Positions 1 to 13,757 of a DNA stretch of 64,000 nt are shown piece by piece. Under the pieces are notes generated by a model. It saw nothing but the letters and a program-made list of their open reading frames with translations. It did no database searches and was not told the DNA's origin. The DNA is from Candidatus Latescibacterota bacterium. Its GTDB lineage: Bacteria; Latescibacterota; UBA2968; UBA8231. The stretch lies in NCBI GenBank assembly GCA_965221775.1, contig CBDCSU010000006.1, positions 2,144,001 to 2,208,000 on the forward strand, written 5' to 3'. The position numbers were made by a program, and so were the translations under genes. Within the stretch, counting starts at the first letter, position 1, and each line of letters opens with the position of its first letter.

Positions 1-1083
1 TGACTCCGCCAAGGGAAAGGCCAAGACCAGCGCTGCCGTTGAGTGGAGGGTTGCCTCGCAATAGAACTGCAGGATCAACGAGCGACGTTCAGCCCCGATG
101 GCCTTGCGCAGGCCGACTTCCCTCGCACGTCCAATCCCCTGAACGGTGGATATGTTGATGAAGTTGAGGCATCCTATCAGCAAAATGACAGACGCGATGC
201 CTCCATACCTGTACAGATCACCCAAGGTGCGGGTTGTCTCCCAATCGCCCTCGAGGTGAGAGGGCAGGTGGACCTTGGCCAGCGGCTGAAGGTCCACATT
301 GCACGTAATGGCCTCTCTGCCTCCGCCGCGGCCAAATTCCTGACACTCGTGGTTGGTCAGTTGCAGCTTGTCTCTTGCTCCGGCAGCGTCAACTCCACTT
401 GGAAGCACCACGTACAAATGCGCTCGTAGAAGATCGAAGTGACTTGCGCGAAGACCTTCCTGCTCCCGAGAAAAGAGAAAATCAAAGTCGAGATGGGAAT
501 TGGGCGGGAAGTCTTCGACAACTCCTGAAACAACGGCCCCTATGCCGTACTCGTACGGAAGGTGTATCTCCTGGCCAAGGGGATCGACCTCACCAAAGTA
601 CCTGGCCGCAGTACTCTCGGTGATTACAACCCGCCCCTTGCCCTCCAAGGCCGTCTCCGGATTCCCCTTTAGCAGAGAGAAGCTGAAGACATCGAAGAAG
701 TCACCGTCGATGGCTATGAATCTGGATGGCTCTTCGAGGAAACGGTCGCGTCCACTGGTTACCACCACCTCCTCGGAGAGGGCGAACCTGAAGAGCCCTA
801 CGCTGGACTCAAATTCCGGATACCTGCTACGGAGAGCCCCCATCATGGCAAGCCTGATGGCGCCAAGATTCCGCTCGGACTCACCGTTGCGCACTTTCAG
901 AGTCACCCTGAAAGTGCGGTCGGCCTTCTCGTGGAAGCGATCATAGCTCAACTCATGGCGGATCAGGTCCACGACCATGGTGCAGGTAGCCATGCCCACG
1001 GCGAGTCCGAGTATGGCAATGAGTGAATAGAGCTTGCGGCGGGACATGTTCCGCCACGCCACTGTCAAGTAGCTGAGTAGCAT
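1..1083 (-). CDS. MacB/FtsX-family ABC transporter permease, 3' part runs off the window (7th, more divergent copy)
   Basis: Not in the ORF track because it has no stop in the window. ATG at 1083 after GGAGG. Reads MLLSYLTVAWRNMSRRKLYSLIAILGLAVGMA...ELSYDRFHEKADRTFRV...LQPLAKVHL...GCLNFINISTVQGIGRAREVGLRKAIGAERRSLILQFYCEA, with no stop seen in the stretches read down to position 1. Confidence 0.9.
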   Translation of the reverse strand, partial: MLLSYLTVAWRNMSRRKLYSLIAILGLAVGMATCTMVVDLIRHELSYDRFHEKADRTFRVTLKVRNGESERNLGAIRLAMMGALRSRYPEFESSVGLFRFALSEEVVVTSGRDRFLEEPSRFIAIDGDFFDVFSFSLLKGNPETALEGKGRVVITESTAARYFGEVDPLGQEIHLPYEYGIGAVVSGVVEDFPPNSHLDFDFLFSREQEGLRASHFDLLRAHLYVVLPSGVDAAGARDKLQLTNHECQEFGRGGGREAITCNVDLQPLAKVHLPSHLEGDWETTRTLGDLYRYGGIASVILLIGCLNFINISTVQGIGRAREVGLRKAIGAERRSLILQFYCEATLHSTAALVLAFPLAES

Positions 1084-1100
1084 CGCTCAAAACCTCCAGG

Positions 1101-1766
1101 TCACTGGGGCGAGACCTTGCCGTCCAGCAGATGCACCACCCGGCTGCCGTAGCCGGCGTTCTTCTCCGAGTGCGTCACCTGCACGATCGTCGTGCCCTCA
1201 CCGTTCAGCTCCCGCAGCATGGCCATCACCTCCTCCCCCTGCCGGGAGTTGAGGTTGCCCGTGGGCTCGTCGGCCAGGATCAGGCTCGGCTGGCCGATGA
1301 GGGCGCGGGCGACGCCGACGCGCTGCTGCTCGCCGCCGGAGAGCTGGTGCGGGAAGAGGTCTTTCTTGGCCACCATCTGGAAGCGGTCGAGCAACTCGCT
1401 CACCCGCGCCTTGCGCTCGGAGCCCTTCACCTTCTGGTAGAGGAGGGGCATCTCCAGGTTCTCGAAGACCGTCTGCTCGTCGATGAGGTGGTAGGCCTGG
1501 AAGACGAAGCCGATGTGCCGCCGGTGCACCTCGGTGCGCTCCTTCTCCCCCATGCCGCTCACCTCCTCGCCGAGGAAGCGGTAGGTGCCGGCCGTCGGCT
1601 CGTCGAGCATGCCCATGATGTGGAGCAGGGTCGACTTGCCGGCGCCGCTAGGCCCCATGATGGAGACGAACTCGCCCTTCTCCACCTTCAGGTGCACGTG
1701 GCGCAGGACGTAGGTCTTGAGGGAACCGCTCTGGTGGTACTTCTCGATGTCGTTCATCTCGATCAT
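1101..1766 (-). CDS. ABC transporter ATP-binding protein (MacB/LolD-like)
   Basis: Walker A GPSGAGKS, signature LSGGEQQR, Walker [12 protein letters not shown]-loop VTH; RBS AGAGGAG. Confidence 0.95.
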   Translation of the reverse strand: MIEMNDIEKYHQSGSLKTYVLRHVHLKVEKGEFVSIMGPSGAGKSTLLHIMGMLDEPTAGTYRFLGEEVSGMGEKERTEVHRRHIGFVFQAYHLIDEQTVFENLEMPLLYQKVKGSERKARVSELLDRFQMVAKKDLFPHQLSGGEQQRVGVARALIGQPSLILADEPTGNLNSRQGEEVMAMLRELNGEGTTIVQVTHSEKNAGYGSRVVHLLDGKVSPQ

Positions 1767-1785
1767 GGTGGTCTCCTCTTGGCGG

Positions 1786-4137
1786 TTACTTCGTGTGCAG
1801 GGTCCTTGCGGGGTTGGTCAGGGCAGCTCGCATGGCCTGGCCGCCAACCGTCAGCCCGGCGATGACGAAACAGAAGGCGCCCGAGACCATGAACAGGGGT
1901 ACGCCGACTTCCACGCGATAGACAAAGTCCTGCAGCCAGTGGTCGGCCAAGCCGTAAGCGACCGGCACGCTGAGGAGGAAGGCGATGGCAACGGGCTTGG
2001 CGAAGTCGCCCAGCAGCATGGCGGTGATGCGGCCGGGGGAGGCACCGAACACCTTGCGGATGCCGACTTCCCTGGTGCGTGCTTGAGCGGCGTGAGCGGC
2101 CAGACCGAAGAGCCCTACCAGGGCGACGGCGATGGTCAAAGAGAGGAGGAGGGTGAGAGCGCGTCCCACCTTCAGTTCATCGGAGTAGAAGTGCGCCGTC
2201 ACTTCTTCGAGGGATTGACGCCGGATGGGGGGATCCGGTACGGCGGCCGCCCACTTGTCGTCGATCACTTGGAGGGCTTCTTGGAGATGCCCGGGGCGCA
2301 CTCGCACGATAAGGTTACCCACCTCACGGTCAATCTGTCTCATGACCAGTGGTTCTATCTTGTAGCGGGGACCGAGGAAGTGGAAGTCCTCGATCACCCC
2401 AACGACGCGCCGACCAGGGACATGGGGTATCGTCCCTCCCAGGGGCTGTTCCAATTCCCACCTGCGAACGGCGGTCTCATTTATCACGACCGCTTTGGCG
2501 TCGGCCGGCTCGTCGGTCAGGGGACGTCCCTGGACCATGCGCAATCCCGTGATCTCAACGAAGTCGCCATCTACTGCATTGTACCAGTAGCGGATCCTCA
2601 TTCCCCCTTCTACTGGTATAGACCTTAGTGCCCCACCAAACACTGATTCAGAGAGACTGACCGCGGCGATACGGCTGTCTTGAAGCAACTCAGCTTTGAA
2701 AGCGCGGGCCCGGTCTGCGGTCAGGCCGCCCTCATGGGGATTGCTGATGATGACAGCCTGTTCCGGTTCCAGTCCCAGGACGGAGTTCTCGCGGAACATG
2801 CTCTGGATGAAGCTGACCTGGTGCCATATCAGCAGCGTCATCGTCATCAACGTCGCAGTCACGGTGAATTGCGCCAGTATCAGACCCTGGCGCAGGCGGG
2901 CGCCGCCGATGCGGCCCCCGCGCTCCAGGACCGCCGGCTGAGAGCATGCCACGACCCAGGCCGGGTAGGCGCCCGCCGCCAGTCCGACCGCTGTCGCCAG
3001 CGCCGCAGCCCCGGCGCAGGTCGAGAGAGTCCAGCTGGATGACCATTCAAGGTCGATGCTTCCGATCGCCGGCAGGAACGGAGTCACAGTTTCTGCAATG
3101 GCAACCCCAAAGAGCGTGGCCCCGACGCTGAGCAGTACCGACTCGCACAGGAGTTGGCGAACAAGCTGGCCGCGATGGGCGCCGAGGGCCTTGCGGATGC
3201 CTGTTTCTTGCAGCCGTCCCTGGGCACGCGCAGTCGCCAGGTTCACGTAGTTGAACCCGGCGATCGTCAGGAGCACCATGGCCAGGGTGGCGAACAAAGC
3301 GAGGTGCATGGGGTTGCCACTCGGGCCGGCGTAGGTGGGAGACTCCGTGTCGAAGTGGATCGATTTGAGGGGCTGCAGGGCGTAGGAATCGGTAGCTTGG
3401 TGACGTCCCCCGGATTCCCGGACGATGCCGGGAATGCGCTCAGCTACCGTAGCGGCATCTGCATTGAAGTGGAGCTGTACGAAGGTTTCGTAGGCCGAAA
3501 ATACCCAGGGCCTGGCGTTAGCTTCCCGGAGAGGGCTTTCCTTGTTCAGGGTTGTCAAGGAGAGCAGTGCCGAGAACTGGAGCAATGAGGTAGGAGGTGG
3601 CTTTCCTACGATGCCGGTAACGATACAGTCGAAGTCTTCGTTGTAGCGGATGACCTGGCCCATGGGATCGTCCTCTCCGAATAGCCGCCGGGCCAGTGGT
3701 TCGGTCAGCACCATGCCGTAGGGGCGCGACAAAGCGGTCTTGGAGTCGCCGCGCAGGAGCGTCAGACTGAACACTTCGAACACGCTGGATTCTGTCCAGA
3801 GAGTCCTCTCCTGTATTCCGCTCTGTTCGCCAACCCTGAACAGACGCGGCCTAGCCGGGTAAAAGCGGACTGTCTCCTCGACTTCGGGCACTTGCTCCTT
3901 GAGGGCCGACCCAAGAGGCAACGGAAAAATCCACCCCGTCTGGTCAGATTCGTTCAGTATGCGGTATAGTTGGTCCTTCTTCTCGTGGAAATCGCCCACC
4001 GAGAGCTGGTAGGCCGCCAGCTGGATGACCAGCAGGCAGAGGGCCAGGCCGACGGCCAGGCCGAAGAGGTTGATCGCCGCGTAGCCGCGCTCCCGCCAGA
4101 GGTGGCGGATGGCCGTTGTCAGGTAGCTTCTCAGCAT
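1786..4137 (-). CDS. Duplicated-domain MacB/FtsX ABC permease (copy 6 in transcription order)
   Basis: 783 aa, two periplasmic domain + FtsX TM repeats; motifs NYVNLATARA..R..E.GIRKALGA and RTREVGIRKVFGAS. Confidence 0.93.
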   Translation of the reverse strand: MLRSYLTTAIRHLWRERGYAAINLFGLAVGLALCLLVIQLAAYQLSVGDFHEKKDQLYRILNESDQTGWIFPLPLGSALKEQVPEVEETVRFYPARPRLFRVGEQSGIQERTLWTESSVFEVFSLTLLRGDSKTALSRPYGMVLTEPLARRLFGEDDPMGQVIRYNEDFDCIVTGIVGKPPPTSLLQFSALLSLTTLNKESPLREANARPWVFSAYETFVQLHFNADAATVAERIPGIVRESGGRHQATDSYALQPLKSIHFDTESPTYAGPSGNPMHLALFATLAMVLLTIAGFNYVNLATARAQGRLQETGIRKALGAHRGQLVRQLLCESVLLSVGATLFGVAIAETVTPFLPAIGSIDLEWSSSWTLSTCAGAAALATAVGLAAGAYPAWVVACSQPAVLERGGRIGGARLRQGLILAQFTVTATLMTMTLLIWHQVSFIQSMFRENSVLGLEPEQAVIISNPHEGGLTADRARAFKAELLQDSRIAAVSLSESVFGGALRSIPVEGGMRIRYWYNAVDGDFVEITGLRMVQGRPLTDEPADAKAVVINETAVRRWELEQPLGGTIPHVPGRRVVGVIEDFHFLGPRYKIEPLVMRQIDREVGNLIVRVRPGHLQEALQVIDDKWAAAVPDPPIRRQSLEEVTAHFYSDELKVGRALTLLLSLTIAVALVGLFGLAAHAAQARTREVGIRKVFGASPGRITAMLLGDFAKPVAIAFLLSVPVAYGLADHWLQDFVYRVEVGVPLFMVSGAFCFVIAGLTVGGQAMRAALTNPARTLHTK

Positions 4138-4168
4138 GCTGGTCCTTTCGGGGCGGGATCCGCCCGCC
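4138..4168 (-). repeat. Inter-permease junction repeat (hairpin + RBS)
   Basis: Minus strand GGCGGGCGGATCCCGCCCCGAAAGGACCAGC-ATG; stem GGGCGG/CCGCCC, loop ATC. Confidence 0.75.
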
Positions 4169-6592
<2,424 letters not shown>

Positions 6593-6621
6593 GCTCGTCC
6601 TTTCGGGCGGGATCCGCCCGT
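6593..6621 (-). repeat. Inter-permease junction repeat (hairpin + RBS)
   Basis: ACGGGCGGATCCCGCCCGAAAGGACGAGC-ATG. Confidence 0.75.
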
Positions 6622-8964
<2,343 letters not shown>

Positions 8965-8994
8965 GCTCGTCCTTTCGGGGCCGGGTCCGCCCGT
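8965..8994 (-). repeat. Inter-permease junction repeat (degenerate hairpin + RBS)
   Basis: ACGGGCGGACCCGGCCCCGAAAGGACGAGC-ATG. Confidence 0.7.
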
Positions 8995-11361
8995 CTACCG
9001 CGTGTGCAGAGTCCTCACCGGGTTGGTCAGGGCAGCTCGCACAGCTTGGCCGCCCACCGTCAGCCCGGCGATGACGAAAGAGAGAGCGGCCGACACCATG
9101 AACAGGGCCACGCCGATCTCCACGCGATAGGCAAAGTCCTGCAGCCAGTGGTCGGCCAAGCCGTAAGCAATGGGCACGCTGAGGAGGAAGGCGATGGCAA
9201 CGGGTTTGGCGAAGTCGCCCAGCAGCATGGCTGTGACGCGCCCGGGGGAGGCACCGAAGACCTTGCGGATGCCGATCTCCCTGGTTCGTGCTTGAGCGGC
9301 GTGCGCGGCCAGACCGAAGAGTCCTACCGAGGCTACGGCGATGGTCAGAGAAAGGAGGAGGGCGAGCGCGCGTCCCACCTTCAGTTCATCGGAGTAGAAC
9401 TTCGCCGCCATTTCTTCGAGGGAGTATCGCCGGATGGGGCGGTACGGTGCGGCGGCTGCCCACTTGTCGTCGATCACTTCGAGGGCTTCTCCGAGATGCC
9501 CCGGGCGTACCCGCACGATAATGACACCCACCCAATCGGCAATCTGTCCCATGACCAGTGGTTCTATCCTCTTGCGCGGACCGTGGAAGTGGAAGTCCTC
9601 GATCACCCCCACAACTCGCGCTTGGCCGCGGTAACCGGGAATCGTCTCTCCCAGGGGTTCTTCCAACTCCAGCTTGCGCACGGCGGTCTCATTGATGACG
9701 ACGGCCCTGGCGTCCGCCGGCTCGTCGGTCAGTGGGCGTCCCTTGACCATGCGCAATCCCATGACTTCAACGAAGTCGCCATCTGCTTCATACACGTTGG
9801 CGATCAATGCCCCATCGGGATCCCAATAGCTCCGTCCCGAGCCCTGACCAGGTACTGTCATGGAGAGACTCACCCCGGCGACACGGCTGTCCTGAAGCAA
9901 CTCAGCTTTGAGAGCTCGGGCCTGGTCGGCGGTCAGCCCGCCATCACGGGGGTTGTAGACGACGACAACCTGTTCCGGCTCCAACCCGAGGACGGAGTTC
10001 TCTCGGAGCAGGTCCTGGATGAAACTGACTTGGTGCCAGATCAGCAGGGTCATCGTCATCAACGTCGCCGTAACGGTGAACTGCGCCACTACCAGACCCC
10101 GGCGCAGGCGCGCTCCTCCGATGCGCCCCCCGCGCTCCAGGACCGCCGGCTGAAAGCGTGCCACGACCCACGCCGGGTAGGCACCCGCTGCCAGCCCGAC
10201 CGCTATCGCCAGCAACGCTGCCCCGGCGCAAGTCGAGAGAGTCCAGCGGGGTGACCACTCAAAGTCGACTTCCCCAATCGCAGGCAGGAACGGAATCACG
10301 GTTTGTGCGATGGCAACGCCAAGGAACGTGGCCCCGATGCTCAGCAATACCGACTCTCCCAGGAGTTGGCGAATGAGCTGGGCGCGATGGGCGCCGAGGG
10401 CCTTGCGGATGCCTATCTCCTGCAGCCGTCCTTCCGCGCGCGCTGTCGCCAGGTTCACGTAGTTGAACCCGGCGATCGTCAGGAGCACCATGGCCAGGGT
10501 GGCGAACAGAGCGAGGTGCATTGGGTTGCCACTCGGGCCGAGGCTGTTGCCAGACTCCGTGTCGAAGTAGATCGATTCCAGAGGTTGCAGGGCGTAGGAT
10601 TCGTCAGCTTCGGGCAACCCCTTGGCTTCCTGAACGACATCCGAAATGCGCTCGGCTACCGTAGCGGGATCTGCACCGGGATTCAGCTGCACGAAGGTCA
10701 AGTAGGCCGAATAGTTCCAGCCCAACTGCCGTGCCCCCCTCTCTTTGTCAACAGTGGCCAGGGAGAGCAGTGCCGGGAACTGGAGCAATGAGTTGGAGGG
10801 CGGCTGGCCGAGGATGCCGGTGACCTCGCAATCGAAGGCTTCGTTGTAGCGGATGACCTGGCCCATGGGATCGTCCTCTCCAAACAGCCGCTGGGCCAAG
10901 GGTTCGGTCAGCACCATTGTGTAGGGGCGCGACAAAGCGGTCTTCGGGTCGCCGCGCAGGAGGGGCAAGCTGAACACATCGAAGACGCTGGATTCCGCCG
11001 AAAGAGGCTTCACACGAATCCCACTCTTGTCTCCGACTCTGAGCAGGCGCGGCAAGCTCGACTGGAATTGGACTGTTTCCTCGACTTCCGGCACTTGCTC
11101 CTTCAGGGCCGGCGCAAGAGGCAGCGGCATACTTGAAGAGATCCGGGCATCCCGATGCGCATCAGGCTCTTTCTGTACCAGTATGCGGTACAGTCGGTCT
11201 TTCTTCTCGTGGAAGTCGCCCACGGAGACTTGGTAGGCGGCCAACTGGATGACCAGCAGGCAGAGGGCCAGGCCGAGGGCCAGCCCGAAGAAATTGATCG
11301 CGGCGTAGCCGCGCTCTCGCCACAGGTGGCGGAAGGCGGTGGTCAGATAGTTTGTCAGCAT
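8995..11361 (-). CDS. Duplicated-domain MacB/FtsX ABC permease (copy 3)
   Basis: 788 aa; same framework motifs; ends TNPVRTLHTR. Confidence 0.93.
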   Translation of the reverse strand: MLTNYLTTAFRHLWRERGYAAINFFGLALGLALCLLVIQLAAYQVSVGDFHEKKDRLYRILVQKEPDAHRDARISSSMPLPLAPALKEQVPEVEETVQFQSSLPRLLRVGDKSGIRVKPLSAESSVFDVFSLPLLRGDPKTALSRPYTMVLTEPLAQRLFGEDDPMGQVIRYNEAFDCEVTGILGQPPSNSLLQFPALLSLATVDKERGARQLGWNYSAYLTFVQLNPGADPATVAERISDVVQEAKGLPEADESYALQPLESIYFDTESGNSLGPSGNPMHLALFATLAMVLLTIAGFNYVNLATARAEGRLQEIGIRKALGAHRAQLIRQLLGESVLLSIGATFLGVAIAQTVIPFLPAIGEVDFEWSPRWTLSTCAGAALLAIAVGLAAGAYPAWVVARFQPAVLERGGRIGGARLRRGLVVAQFTVTATLMTMTLLIWHQVSFIQDLLRENSVLGLEPEQVVVVYNPRDGGLTADQARALKAELLQDSRVAGVSLSMTVPGQGSGRSYWDPDGALIANVYEADGDFVEVMGLRMVKGRPLTDEPADARAVVINETAVRKLELEEPLGETIPGYRGQARVVGVIEDFHFHGPRKRIEPLVMGQIADWVGVIIVRVRPGHLGEALEVIDDKWAAAAPYRPIRRYSLEEMAAKFYSDELKVGRALALLLSLTIAVASVGLFGLAAHAAQARTREIGIRKVFGASPGRVTAMLLGDFAKPVAIAFLLSVPIAYGLADHWLQDFAYRVEIGVALFMVSAALSFVIAGLTVGGQAVRAALTNPVRTLHTR

Positions 11362-11391
11362 GCTCGTCCTTTCGGGGCGGGATCCGCCCGT
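11362..11391 (-). repeat. Inter-permease junction repeat (hairpin + RBS)
   Basis: ACGGGCGGATCCCGCCCCGAAAGGACGAGC-ATG. Confidence 0.75.
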
Positions 11392-13728
11392 CTACTCCGT
11401 GCGCAGTGTATCCACCGGGTTGGTCAGGGCCGCCCGCATCGCCTGGTGTCCCACCGTCAGTCCGGCGATGAGGAAGGACAGCGCTCCCGAGACCACGAAG
11501 AGGCCCACCCCCATCTCCACGCGATATGCGAAGTCGTGGAGCCACTGGTTGCCGAGCCACCAGGCGACCGGCACGCTGAGGACGAAGGCGAGGGCCACGG
11601 GCCGGGCGAAGTCGCGCAGCATCATGGCGGTGAGGCCGCCGGCAGAGGCGCCGAAGACCTTGCGCACGGCGATCTCGCGGGTGCGCTCGTGGGCGGCGTG
11701 GGCGGCCATGCCGAAGAGCCCCACGGCGGCGACGGCGATGGCCAGGACGAGGAACGCCGTGAGGGCGCGGCCCACCATCAGCTCTTCGGAGTAGAGTTTG
11801 CCGGCGACTTCCTCGAGGGAGTGGCGCTGGATGGGGCGGTACGGGGCGAGGGCGGCCCACCTTTCGTCGATGACCGCGAGGGCTTCTTCGAGATGCCCGG
11901 GTTGGACCCGAACGATGATGACGCCGGCCCATCCATAGAGTTGTTCCATGACCAGCGGCTCCACCTCGCTTCGCGGACCGTCGAAGTGGAAGTCCTCGAC
12001 CACGCCCACGACGCGCCTCTCGCCAAGGGTGGGGATCGTCTGGCCCAGTGGCTCCTCCAGTCCCATCACCCTGGCGGCGGTCTCGTTGATGACGAGGGCC
12101 TCGGCGTCGGCGGGTGCGTCGGTAAGGGCCCGTCCCCGGACCATGCGCAGGCCCATGATCGGGACGAAGTCGGCATCTACCTGGTACATCCAGATCGTCC
12201 GTCCTTCCGCCATGTGCGATGCTCTGGTGCCCTCGCCCGGTACCGTCATGGCCAGACTCGCCGCGGCGATGCGGCTGTCCTGAAGCAACTCCGTCTTGAA
12301 GGCCCGGGCCTGATCCATGGTGAGGCCGCGGTTTCGAACCACCACCACCTGTTCCGGCTCGGACCCAAGGATGGAGTCCTCGCGGAGGAGGTTGTCCACG
12401 TAGGTGAGTTGGTGCCACATGAGCAGCGTCATCGACAGCAACGCCGTGGTGGCCGTGAACTGGGTCACCACCAGGCCCCGGCGCAGGCGCGCACCTCCCA
12501 GGCGGCTTCTGCCCAGGTTGGCCGTCGGCTGCATGCGCGCCACGACCCAGGCCGGATACGCCCCCGCCACCACTCCGACCGCCACTGCCAGCACCGCGCC
12601 CCCGACGCAGGTAAAGAGCGACCAGGGCAAGGTGGGCAGGTCGAAGGCGGATCCCGCGATGACGTGCATGAGCCGGAGCAGGACCCCTGTCAGGACAGCT
12701 CCCAGGATCGTCGCCGCCGTGCTCATCAGCACCGACTCGCTCAGCAGCTGGCGGATGAGCTGGCCGCGATGGGCGCCGAGGGCCTTGCGCACGCCGATCT
12801 CGTGAATGCGTCTCCCCGCCCGGGCCGTAGCCAGGTTCACGTAGTTGACGCCGGCGATGGTGAGGATCACCACGGCGAGGATGGCGCTCAGGGCGAGGTA
12901 CATGGGATTGCCGCTCGGGCCGATGGTGCTGGACGCCTCCGTGTCGAAGTAGACCGACTTCAGGGGCTGCAGGACGTAGGAATCGGTCACTTCGGGCCAC
13001 CCCGATGCTTCCTTGACGATGCCGGGAATGCGCGCAGCCGCGGCCACCGCGTCGGCACCGGGCGTCAACTGCACGAAGGTCCGGAAGCCCGAGGCACTCC
13101 ATCCGGACTCCATCATCGGATTCACCTCGTACTGCGTGGCGAAGGAGATCAGCGCCGAGAACTGGAGCAGGGAACTGGAGGGCACCCGGCCGGCGATGCC
13201 CGTGATCTCGTAGTCGGACTCTCCCACGTTGACGACCTGCCCCATGGGATCGCTCTCGCCGAAAAGCCGGCGGGCCAGGGGCTCGGTGAGCACGATGGTG
13301 AAGGGACGCGACAAGGCCGTCCCGGGATCGCCGCGCAGGAGGGGGAGGCTGAACATGTCGAAGACGCCGGCCTCGGCGCCGCCGACCGTCTCGTATATCC
13401 CCTCCTTGTCACCGACCCTGAGCAATCGCGGGTAGCTCCAGCCGAAGCGCACCGCCGCCTCGACCTCGGGCAACTGCTCCTCGAGGGTTGGGCCCAGGGG
13501 CACGTGCATCCCCGACGTGAACCCGGCGTCCTGGGCATCCGACCTCAACACGCGGAAGACCCGGTCCTTCTTGTCGTGGAAGTCGCCCACGGAGAGCTGA
13601 TACGCCGCCAACTGGATGACCAGCAGGCAGAGGGCCAGGCCGACGGCCAAGCCGAAGAGGTTGATCGCCGCGTAGCCGCGCTCGCGCCACAGATGGCGGA
13701 GGGCGGTGGTCAGGTAGCTTCTGAGCAT
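11392..13728 (-). CDS. Duplicated-domain MacB/FtsX ABC permease (copy 2)
   Basis: True start MLRSYLTTAL at 13728 after GAAAGGA; same motifs. Confidence 0.92.
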   Translation of the reverse strand: MLRSYLTTALRHLWRERGYAAINLFGLAVGLALCLLVIQLAAYQLSVGDFHDKKDRVFRVLRSDAQDAGFTSGMHVPLGPTLEEQLPEVEAAVRFGWSYPRLLRVGDKEGIYETVGGAEAGVFDMFSLPLLRGDPGTALSRPFTIVLTEPLARRLFGESDPMGQVVNVGESDYEITGIAGRVPSSSLLQFSALISFATQYEVNPMMESGWSASGFRTFVQLTPGADAVAAAARIPGIVKEASGWPEVTDSYVLQPLKSVYFDTEASSTIGPSGNPMYLALSAILAVVILTIAGVNYVNLATARAGRRIHEIGVRKALGAHRGQLIRQLLSESVLMSTAATILGAVLTGVLLRLMHVIAGSAFDLPTLPWSLFTCVGGAVLAVAVGVVAGAYPAWVVARMQPTANLGRSRLGGARLRRGLVVTQFTATTALLSMTLLMWHQLTYVDNLLREDSILGSEPEQVVVVRNRGLTMDQARAFKTELLQDSRIAAASLAMTVPGEGTRASHMAEGRTIWMYQVDADFVPIMGLRMVRGRALTDAPADAEALVINETAARVMGLEEPLGQTIPTLGERRVVGVVEDFHFDGPRSEVEPLVMEQLYGWAGVIIVRVQPGHLEEALAVIDERWAALAPYRPIQRHSLEEVAGKLYSEELMVGRALTAFLVLAIAVAAVGLFGMAAHAAHERTREIAVRKVFGASAGGLTAMMLRDFARPVALAFVLSVPVAWWLGNQWLHDFAYRVEMGVGLFVVSGALSFLIAGLTVGHQAMRAALTNPVDTLRTE

Positions 13729-13757
13729 GCGTGTCCTTTCGTGGCGGGATCCGCCGC
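13729..13757 (-). repeat. Inter-permease junction repeat (hairpin + RBS)
   Basis: GCGGCGGATCCCGCCACGAAAGGACACGC-ATG. Confidence 0.7.
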
